Virus record (IMG/VR): IMGVR_UViG_3300008459_000379 | Location: 1-24,413 of that record | DNA length: 24,413 nt | Direction: 5' to 3' (one strand) | Origin: a virus | Taxonomy: Duplodnaviria; Caudoviricetes | In this document: positions 16,995 through 24,094 of the stretch, one piece after another | How the letters are laid out: each line of letters starts with the position of its first letter | How positions within the stretch are numbered: the stretch's first letter is position 1 | Notes under the pieces: model-generated | Told to the model about the DNA's origin: nothing | Database searches by the model: none | What the model saw: only the letters and a program-made list of their open reading frames with translations | Made by a program: the position numbers and the translations under genes

Positions 16995-17654
16995 TTTTTT
17001 ACAATCATCAAATTTTTTGGATATAATTTCTTTCAATTCATCAAGTTCAGAGCGGAACCCTAAATTATAATGCCAAGCAATTTCATTCGAATATCTTTTT
17101 TTCATTTCCTCAATTACTTCATCAGATGCTTGTTTTATTAATTCACATTCATCACTATAATCATTATAAAACCATCTATCAATCATTTCTTCCACAGTGT
17201 CTTGTATAGGTTTCCTCCATATAATCAATGAAATAATACGATGAATTAATGTACTAATTCTTTTTGATGTTTTTCTTTCAATAGACTTTAATTCTTTAAG
17301 GATATCACCATTAAGGTAATTTGATTCAATTAAATCTAACAATAAATTTATGGCTTTATCTTGATTATATCCGTTAATTGATAAGTTGTATTTAACACCT
17401 CCATCATTATTATAAATTAATAATCTTAATCCTCCACCTGAATTTTCGTTTCTAATATCACCATAAAAATTTCTTACTTTGGTGGTGTTATCCAATAACT
17501 TATATAGTTTGGTATTTTCTAAAACATCAAAAATATTTAAACTGTCTTCCTTTTCTCCAATTCGTTTTGCTGGACGTTTTTTATCAGATTCGTTAACCAC
17601 CCTACTGACTATTCTAATCAAATCTGATTCAGTTAATCTTACAACTTTTTTCAT
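16992..17654 (-). CDS. Leader-bearing hypothetical protein (MKKVVRLTESDL...NESDKKRPAKRIG)
   Basis: 220 aa; ATGA coupling with the upstream gene. Confidence 0.75.
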   Translation of the reverse strand: MKKVVRLTESDLIRIVSRVVNESDKKRPAKRIGEKEDSLNIFDVLENTKLYKLLDNTTKVRNFYGDIRNENSGGGLRLLIYNNDGGVKYNLSINGYNQDKAINLLLDLIESNYLNGDILKELKSIERKTSKRISTLIHRIISLIIWRKPIQDTVEEMIDRWFYNDYSDECELIKQASDEVIEEMKKRYSNEIAWHYNLGFRSELDELKEIISKKFDDCKK

Positions 17655-18001
17655 ATTTCTTTTACAAATTGACCAAGACCAAGACTATTGAAACCTTTAC
17701 TTCTTAATTTGTTTTTAACTCGGTTGGCATCCTCCCTCTCGAATCCCGCATCAACAAAATCATAAGGAGCTCCGACATCAACAATAATGTATTTATGGGA
17801 CACATCAAATTTAACACATCCACCTGTAATATATTCTCTTAAATAACCACGGATTTCGTCATAAAAACTAGGTTTATCCTCAATTTGATTTGACGGACGT
17901 TTTTCGTCGGAACTAAGTTTATCCCCAATTCGTTTGGCTGGACGTTTTTTAATAGATTCAATTAATCTTTGAATTTGTGATTCGGTAACAATGTATTTCA
18001 T
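17651..18001 (-). CDS. Leader-bearing hypothetical protein (MKYIVTESQ...ESIKKRPAKRIG)
   Basis: 116 aa; TATTTAT 18008-18014. Confidence 0.75.
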   Translation of the reverse strand: MKYIVTESQIQRLIESIKKRPAKRIGDKLSSDEKRPSNQIEDKPSFYDEIRGYLREYITGGCVKFDVSHKYIIVDVGAPYDFVDAGFEREDANRVKNKLRSKGFNSLGLGQFVKEI

Positions 18002-18007
18002 ATTACA

Positions 18008-18063
18008 ATAAATACACTAAAAATAAAAAGGGGGTATGGGGGATTGACAACAAAGAAAAAAAA
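18008..18063. repeat. G-rich intergenic repeat, copy 3
   Basis: ATAAATACAC...AAAAAGGGGGTATGGGGGATTGACAACAAAGAAAAAAAA. Confidence 0.9.
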
Positions 18064-18072
18064 TTTTAGAAA

Positions 18073-18612
18073 TTAATCCATTATTTTTTTTTGATATTCT
18101 TCTTTATAAAGTTTTTCAAAATCATCAATAATTTTGTTTTGAGCTTTTTCACTAATCCTTCCATTAATGGTCTTTTCCAATTTAGAATAGAATTCATCTT
18201 CTCCGTCAGGGTTATTCATATAGTCCCACTTAATGCGGTTTGTGGGATACGTATTTCGTTTCCATATACCATTTTCTGTTTTATAATTAAAATTCACTTT
18301 AGTATTCCAAAAAATGGAAATTTCAACTTTACCTGAAGATTTTGTTATATGATAGATAATAACCAAAGCTGGTTCACTCCTATTATATTTTCTAAGTTCA
18401 GAAGTTAATTTATCAGGATTAATAAAAAATGCGGGATATTGCATATAACTATAGTTTCCAAATCTACCTTGGAACTTGGAGTTTAGAAAATCGGTTACAT
18501 CAGATTCAATTGCACTAGAAATATCGGTCTTTAAAAAACTTATTGTGTCCTCGTGTTTTTTAATTAGATTCCTTAATGCGGAATATTGTGCCTCAGTAAT
18601 AATATATTTCAT
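18073..18612 (-). CDS. Leader-bearing hypothetical protein (MKYIITEAQY)
   Basis: 179 aa between repeat copies 3 and 4. Confidence 0.75.
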   Translation of the reverse strand: MKYIITEAQYSALRNLIKKHEDTISFLKTDISSAIESDVTDFLNSKFQGRFGNYSYMQYPAFFINPDKLTSELRKYNRSEPALVIIYHITKSSGKVEISIFWNTKVNFNYKTENGIWKRNTYPTNRIKWDYMNNPDGEDEFYSKLEKTINGRISEKAQNKIIDDFEKLYKEEYQKKIMD

Positions 18613-18618
18613 ATATAA

Positions 18619-18678
18619 ATAAATACACTAAAAACAAAAAAAGGGGTAGGGGGGATTGACAACGACGAAAAAAAATTA
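18619..18678. repeat. G-rich intergenic repeat, copy 4
   Basis: ATAAATACAC...AAAAAAAGGGGTAGGGGGGATTGACAACGACGAAAAAAAATTA. Confidence 0.9.
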
Positions 18679-19041
18679 TTTTCTTCTTCTTAAAGTACTA
18701 TACCCATCATCAATAAATTTTTTCAAATAAGTTTCAACCTTATCTATAAAAAATTTATTCACCATTTCTGATGGCATAAATGCAAATAACTCTCTATTAC
18801 TTTCAAGTTTCGGAAAATGTCCGTCAGGTGTTAATCTATTAAATCTGGAATCATATTTAAAGAAAAATTCATACCCAAGGTTATATCCAAGTTTTTCCCC
18901 ATTTTTATAAAGATAAACCGTTGCGGTTATTGAATCGTAACCATTATCATACAAATACAAAATATTGTATGTGATATTATGTCTTTTAAGAAGGTTTGAA
19001 AATAAATCGTCAGATTGGCTTTCAGTTATAATATACCTCAT
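18676..19041 (-). CDS. Leader-bearing hypothetical protein (MRYIITESQ)
   Basis: 121 aa between repeat copies 4 and 5. Confidence 0.75.
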   Translation of the reverse strand: MRYIITESQSDDLFSNLLKRHNITYNILYLYDNGYDSITATVYLYKNGEKLGYNLGYEFFFKYDSRFNRLTPDGHFPKLESNRELFAFMPSEMVNKFFIDKVETYLKKFIDDGYSTLRRRK

Positions 19042-19047
19042 ATCACA

Positions 19048-19107
19048 ATAAATACACCAAAAACAAAAAAGGGGGTAGGGGGGATTGGAACAACGGAAAA
19101 AAAATTA
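19048..19107. repeat. G-rich intergenic repeat, copy 5
   Basis: 39-bp core identical to copy 1. Confidence 0.9.
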
Positions 19108-19443
19108 TTTTATTAATTCCCCCTTATTAATCACATCAATAATATCTTGTTCCTTAAACTCATCCTTCCAATTGTATTCGTGAGGAATATAATCAGGATA
19201 ACAATGTTTACCCTTAGGAACTCCCAACTTATTAACAACCCAATTATGAATATCACCATCCAAATCCTTAGATGGATAAAACTCAAAAAATACTTTCCAA
19301 AAATCCCGATTAAAAAATGTATATCCGCTATCAGCAACATTAACAACCCATTCCCGATTAACGGGGTGGATTATCCAATACCATCCCTTATAATGATATA
19401 CAGAAAAATTCTTAACATATAAATCAATTGCCTTATTAACCAT
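19105..19443 (-). CDS. Trp/aromatic-rich hypothetical protein, probable paralog of the 23570..24094 N-terminal domain
   Basis: W.I......W.......G......F...FF..F...I..WV...L pattern shared by eye. Confidence 0.7.
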   Translation of the reverse strand: MVNKAIDLYVKNFSVYHYKGWYWIIHPVNREWVVNVADSGYTFFNRDFWKVFFEFYPSKDLDGDIHNWVVNKLGVPKGKHCYPDYIPHEYNWKDEFKEQDIIDVINKGELIK

Positions 19444-19446
19444 ATA

Positions 19447-19719
19447 TCAAAAATCAATATTGTAATCTACCCTCTTATATATTCTTCTATAATTCTCCAA
19501 GTCCTCTTTCATATACTGAACAAATAACTTAAAGTTAATCTTCTCATCAAATTTAAATCTCTCATTCTCCTTATCCCTCGTTAACTGATTGTCAATTGAA
19601 TCAACAATCTCCTTTAGAATTTCCTTATAGATTAATTCCCTATCGGTAACCTTTCTTAACTCATCCCTCAGTTCAAGAATCTCTCCTTCCAATCTTTGGA
19701 TTTCATCATTACATTCCAT
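19447..19719 (-). CDS. Coiled-coil hypothetical protein
   Basis: 90 aa, operonic spacing. Confidence 0.7.
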   Translation of the reverse strand: MECNDEIQRLEGEILELRDELRKVTDRELIYKEILKEIVDSIDNQLTRDKENERFKFDEKINFKLFVQYMKEDLENYRRIYKRVDYNIDF

Positions 19720-20347
19720 TCCTCATTTCTTTTAAAAATTTATTATATAATTCAATATTAGAATCGTCAATCAAATTACTTTTTTTCAAATTTTCATCTT
19801 TCCATAACGGTCTAAGGTTGGTATAATGATTTAAATATTTAATTTCATCAATAGTATTACCAAGACTTGCAGGTACAATATGGTCAACATCCCATTCACC
19901 CCTGTTTCCCCAAGTCATACCATCTTGAAATAATCCTTCAATATACTTAATAAAACCATCATCATCAATCCCAAGAATCTCAGAAGTCTTACAAGGTTTT
20001 GAATAACCATTTTTTTTGAACAGTCCCCTAATACTCCTTGATAACATTTTCCTAAATCGATAAAGAGGGTCAATTTTTAATCTATTCTTTACCTGTTTTT
20101 TATTTTTAGTTATTATCATAGACTTATACTCAGGGTCAGACTCCATCCTACGTTTCATACGAGCATATCTTTTATCACTCTGTATCTTTCTATAATCAGG
20201 GCTCAACTCCATTTTACGTTTTCTACGCTCCCTACTCCTAACATTAAAACACTTCTTACAATAACTGCTCAATTTATTTTTTTCCTTAAAATAAAAATCA
20301 GTAGTATCTTTTTCCACTTTACAAGTAATACAAACTTTTGTTAACAT
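19709..20347 (-). CDS. HNH (homing-type) endonuclease with N-terminal CxxC/CxxC zinc finger
   Basis: CITC, CKKC; WDVDHIVP...NHYTNLRPLW..ENLKKSN; promoter TTTG-N20-TATCTTTG (20352-20383) 4 nt before the ATG. Confidence 0.85.
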   Translation of the reverse strand: MLTKVCITCKVEKDTTDFYFKEKNKLSSYCKKCFNVRSRERRKRKMELSPDYRKIQSDKRYARMKRRMESDPEYKSMIITKNKKQVKNRLKIDPLYRFRKMLSRSIRGLFKKNGYSKPCKTSEILGIDDDGFIKYIEGLFQDGMTWGNRGEWDVDHIVPASLGNTIDEIKYLNHYTNLRPLWKDENLKKSNLIDDSNIELYNKFLKEMRNGM

Positions 20348-20509
20348 AATACAAAGATACCATATTTCCCAAAAATTTCCAAAAATTTTTTTTTCACATA
20401 TGACCCTATTTCAAAGATAGGGGGTCATCTTATATAAAAAAAGAAACCCCTTGAAATTAATCAAAGGGTCAGTCCAACAATACTATCATTGGAGGGGTTA
20501 ATATATATA

Positions 20510-20773
20510 TTACACATACCTAAATTCCCAAACAGCACTTGGGTCATAATCATTACCAGTTGGGAAAAACACCTTGAAGAGAGAATCAAAATCATCCTCA
20601 AATTCCAAAGATACCGCATACCCACCCGTATCAAAATAAAATACATAATCAGGTATTTCCTTATTCCTAAATCTATATGTCTCAACCTCCACATACTTAA
20701 CACCATTAAACCAATCGTGTTTTGACATCTTCCTCTCAATCCAATCTTTTAAAAATTCAACCTTCTTATCCAT
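20510..20773 (-). CDS. Hypothetical protein
   Basis: 87-aa ORF with protein-like composition; TATTTAT 20819-20825. Confidence 0.65.
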   Translation of the reverse strand: MDKKVEFLKDWIERKMSKHDWFNGVKYVEVETYRFRNKEIPDYVFYFDTGGYAVSLEFEDDFDSLFKVFFPTGNDYDPSAVWEFRYV

Positions 20774-21110
20774 TTCTATATTTTTTCCAAAAATTTATTT
20801 TTTAATATATACACTATGATAAATATGAGGGTCCCCTTTCTATAAAAAATTTCCCAAAATTTTATCGATGGGATTGTACCCCCCTTTTGACTGACAAAAT
20901 GACCTATATAAGGGGGGATACGGCAGGGGGGTGTCAGTAGGGGGGAGGGGTAACCCCTACATAGGGGGGTAGTTATGAATAGTTATCAACAACTCCCCCC
21001 CACCTATATGTTAATAAGATTATGCTACCCCACAGGTTCTTAGTAGGACCATTATGATTACCATACCTATTGCGTATAGTAGTATTGCGGAGTTGGGTGT
21101 TAGTTTAAAT
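20774..21110. other. Non-coding block with G/C homopolymer tracts
   Basis: G6 runs at 20912, 20926, 20940 and 20964, G4 at 20947; C runs at ~20879 and ~20995; no credible ORF. Confidence 0.7.
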
Positions 21111-21114
21111 TGTT

Positions 21115-21390
21115 TCATAGTTTAGATAGTTCAAATAGTATGTGAGTAACTTGGTCTGTGTCTTGGTATGTCTTAACGTCTTCCCCATCACCGAGTGCAA
21201 TCCAATCACCGTGGTTACCCCACCAAGCTCCCACCTCGAATGTATCCACACCATCACCATATAAGGTTGGACCACCGACAATAGATACGGTAACACCATT
21301 GGGGAGTTTAACTAATCCTTGTACACCACCTTTAATTACACCGTGGGGTTTGAATACTACATCTCTGAATGTGGGAACTCTTTGTTTCAT
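21115..21390 (-). CDS. Conserved small phage protein (F.D..FKPH...NG..VS.V.G...YG...FEV)
   Basis: 91 aa; TATATTTG (21395-21402) 4 nt before the ATG. Confidence 0.8.
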   Translation of the reverse strand: MKQRVPTFRDVVFKPHGVIKGGVQGLVKLPNGVTVSIVGGPTLYGDGVDTFEVGAWWGNHGDWIALGDGEDVKTYQDTDQVTHILFELSKL

Positions 21391-21666
21391 TATACAAATA
21401 TAGGATAATATGGTGGGGAAATATATTTGTTTATTAAAAATATTTGCCGTATCTTAGCTTGGTGCCTTATATATTTTTTTATATATGATAAAGCGTCAAC
21501 ACAAAGTTACGGCAAAGAAAGTTAGTATCCTAATTTTTTATTAATTATTTTCGCCATAACTTAGCCCTACGATGTACCTTATAACGATGAGGGGATAAAG
21601 GGCTGGCACCGATAATGCTTGGAGTGTATACTCCACCCTGCCTTTAGAAAAAAAGTAAGATTTTTC

Positions 21667-21697
21667 TTGTATACAGAGAATCCCCGCCGTATATTTG
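21667..21697 (+). promoter_or_regulatory. Bacteroidota promoter TTG-N20-TATATTTG
   Basis: TTG 21667-21669, TATATTTG 21690-21697. Confidence 0.7.
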
Positions 21698-21725
21698 TAA
21701 AACAATCAAACACGACACTACTACT

Positions 21726-22142
21726 ATGACACTAACAGCCGATAAGAAAACAACCAACCTTGTTAAGAAGTACTTCAAGAAGAACGGGTTAATCAACATC
21801 CCTTGTCAGTTCGACGGGTTCGGGGAATGTGTTGTTAGATTCGTGTCTGTTAGTGAGTCAGACAAGTGGAACTATAAAGAACAGAAGTACTCTCGTATGA
21901 TTAACTTCGAGATTACTATGAAGAAGAGTGGTCACAGATATTCTGAAGATAAAATCCCAACCCAATACTCTTGGAGAGATTCAAGACAACGTTTCTACAA
22001 GAACAGAAAGTATATGGCTCAAATGCATATCAACCAAATGTTGACCAAAACAAAAATTCCATTATTCTTTGATATGGCAACAATCCCAAGACAAATTCAC
22101 GGAGAAATGGTGGGCAACGTAACTTACAAATACATCGACTAA
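21726..22142 (+). CDS. Hypothetical basic protein
   Basis: 138 aa with promoter upstream. Confidence 0.75.
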   Translation: MTLTADKKTTNLVKKYFKKNGLINIPCQFDGFGECVVRFVSVSESDKWNYKEQKYSRMINFEITMKKSGHRYSEDKIPTQYSWRDSRQRFYKNRKYMAQMHINQMLTKTKIPLFFDMATIPRQIHGEMVGNVTYKYID

Positions 22143-22143
22143 T

Positions 22144-22548
22144 ATGAAACTAAAAGATAGGTGCGATAAATATTCCGTCCAAGAACTTAGGGACCTCGGC
22201 AAGATTGTGGTTGAGGTAACAAGAAAAGTTCTTGGACACGGGAATAAACCAACCCCTTCATTTCATATCCGAAACAATATGTCCAACCTATATGGCCAGT
22301 ACTGTTATAGTCATAAGATATTTATCAACCCATCCACCTGTGAGACCATATCGTATTTCGTTGGGGTGACCATTCACGAATACACCCACCACATACAAAA
22401 GGGACTGAAAAGAAACTACGACTCATCCGTAAAGAAACACGGGTATAACAACTGTCCCTTCGAGATAGAAGCAATCTCTAATGCCAAGAAGTACAAGAAG
22501 AAAGTATGGAAGGAAGTTAAACGACTAATGTGCGAAAGTAATTCGTAA
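22144..22548 (+). CDS. HExxH zincin-like metallopeptidase domain protein
   Basis: LYGQY...I.IN...TIHEYTHHIQ...PFEIEA. Confidence 0.8.
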   Translation: MKLKDRCDKYSVQELRDLGKIVVEVTRKVLGHGNKPTPSFHIRNNMSNLYGQYCYSHKIFINPSTCETISYFVGVTIHEYTHHIQKGLKRNYDSSVKKHGYNNCPFEIEAISNAKKYKKKVWKEVKRLMCESNS

Positions 22549-22780
22549 TGGTCTGTATGGGAGATTCCTCACCCTTGAATAATTCCATATACTCAGGAGT
22601 GAAACTATATCCGACAAGAGTTATTATATCCCCTTGGTATGGGGTATGACTTATTCTATACTCCATCTTACCCACCTTCTCATCATTATAATATAGGTAA
22701 GCAGCCTTATGTCCCCTTAGGGTATCATATGACACCCTCGTATTTCTTAGTGTGTCGTATACTGAATTGGTCTCTGTCAT
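22517..22780 (-). CDS. Hypothetical protein (uncertain), YDTLR occurs twice
   Basis: 87-aa ORF overlapping the convergent gene by 32 nt. Confidence 0.45.
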   Translation of the reverse strand: MTETNSVYDTLRNTRVSYDTLRGHKAAYLYYNDEKVGKMEYRISHTPYQGDIITLVGYSFTPEYMELFKGEESPIQTITNYFRTLVV

Positions 22781-22789
22781 AGCGTCAGG

Positions 22790-23530
22790 GGGAAATTGTT
22801 GATAACTTTATTTGTTAATTTTCTTGATTTTGTCAAAATGTCAGTTGACGTGACACAGGGGACAATCCCCTCGACGGGTTTTTAACATTATAACTATAAT
22901 AAATATATGGTATATTGTGTAGTATATGTTAATAAAATAACTCCCACTTTTTCCCACTGACGTATACGTGAGAGGGGTTTTTGTTCATATGAAAAGTAAG
23001 AAAAATGGTCCTGACGATAGCGTTAGAAGGGTTTTTTTTACTATGTATATAATCCAGCGAAAAGTAGGACGTATAAAAGAAATGGCGTGGACAGACTTTA
23101 GTCGTTATAATCTTCAACGAAAATAGGTTGTTATAGTGTCCTTCAATGGGGTTCTTAGACTTTCCCCTTTCAAATGAGACACAATATATGGACAATTATA
23201 ATGGTGGTAAAAAGTGGGACATAATGTGTTATATAAGGGATAACCCTGTAGGGTTATGTGTCTTATAAGGGATATTGTCCCCTTCACACTCCACCATATA
23301 TGTTATACCCTAACAGGTATACTCATATCGTGTTATATACCCTTTAGGGTATCTCATTATCCCGATGGGGTACAATACCATTCACAGTAATATGTTATGT
23401 CCCTTATATGGTGTGTCTTTCGTTAGGGGGTTATTATATATGGGGAAATTAGGAAGTAAACAAATGAATGTACCCATTAGTGTAATGACCCGAAGGGGAA
23501 TGGAACGACACGATAGTGGAATGGGGGAAT
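22790..23530. other. Non-coding block with many short CCC/GGG palindromes
   Basis: ATAACCCT-GT-AGGGTTAT 23240-23257; TATACC-N6-GGTATA 23304-23321; ATACCCT-TT-AGGGTAT 23337-23352. Confidence 0.65.
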
Positions 23531-23533
23531 GAG

Positions 23534-23565
23534 TTTGTTTAGTTCGTAATTTATTACTATATTTG
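23534..23565 (+). promoter_or_regulatory. Bacteroidota promoter TTTG-N20-TATATTTG
   Basis: TTTG 23534-23537, TATATTTG 23558-23565, ATG 4 nt later. Confidence 0.75.
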
Positions 23566-23569
23566 TACT

Positions 23570-24094
23570 ATGGTTATTACAGATAGATTAAAACAACTTA
23601 TTTTTAAACACCTATATAAAGAGTTAGGTAATGTGGAGATAATCCCATATAATGGCTCTGTATGGTTTATTGATAGGGAAAATAGTTATTGGTATTTTCA
23701 GTTGTCTAAACAGGGATGTTTATATTGGAGATACTCATTCTTCCCATCATTTTTCAGCATTTTTTCTTTGGAACAGAGTGAGTTTGAACCAATACTATCT
23801 TCTTGGGTGGAAGAGGTATTAAATAGTAAGGTATCCACAACAGACATTGAGAATGTTATTTCTTTCAGGGAGGTGGAAGAGGTATTAAATAGTAGGGTAT
23901 CCACAACTAATAGTCTATGGCCCCCTCGAATGCACAAGGTGGAAGAGGTCTTAAATAGTAAAGTATCTACAACTTATTCTTGTACTTTCACTTCAGACGA
24001 ATTGTTGGAAGATATATTAAATCATAAGGTATGTGAAACGGATGTAGAAATGTCTGTTATGAATTATGTGATGGAACAGGTCTTAAATCAATAA
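23570..24094 (+). CDS. Protein with aromatic N-terminal domain and 22-aa periodic tail (VEEVLNSKVSTT + 10 variable residues)
   Basis: 174-aa ORF with promoter; repeat substitutions mostly synonymous. Confidence 0.8.
   Translation: MVITDRLKQLIFKHLYKELGNVEIIPYNGSVWFIDRENSYWYFQLSKQGCLYWRYSFFPSFFSIFSLEQSEFEPILSSWVEEVLNSKVSTTDIENVISFREVEEVLNSRVSTTNSLWPPRMHKVEEVLNSKVSTTYSCTFTSDELLEDILNHKVCETDVEMSVMNYVMEQVLNQ
23806..24094 (+). repeat. CRISPR-like in-frame array: 36-nt repeats at 23806, 23872, 23938, 24004 (degenerate) and 24070 (partial), separated by four unique 30-nt spacers
   Basis: Repeat GGTGGAAGAGGTATTAAATAGTAAGGTATCCACAAC; exact 66-nt period; spacers unrelated to each other. Confidence 0.85.

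Noticed and set aside
16536-19107. G-rich repeats as a CRISPR array or integron attC sites
   Set aside because: The intervening sequences are whole genes of variable length, the repeats have no dyad symmetry, and no integrase or cas gene is present.
19709-20347. HNH gene as part of an intron or intein
   Set aside because: It is free-standing with its own promoter, and no interrupted host gene is evident.
22929-23195. 88-aa ORF in the non-coding block
   Set aside because: Atypical composition, no promoter motif, no recognisable similarity.
20774-23530. tRNA or other known structured RNA genes in the non-coding blocks
   Set aside because: No cloverleaf or T-loop GTTCGA pattern was recognisable by eye; tRNAscan or Infernal would settle it.
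1473-23937. Shadow ORFs such as 1473..1679, 2137..2370, 3498..3761, 4584..4796, 6890..7210, 14156..14413, 19147..19422, 21158..21403 and 23698..23937
   Set aside because: They are antisense or out-of-frame overlaps of better-supported genes and lack promoter motifs.
23806-24094. Calling this a confirmed CRISPR locus
   Set aside because: No cas genes in the window, no separate leader, and substitutions preserve the peptide; kept as a CRISPR-like repeat pending tests.
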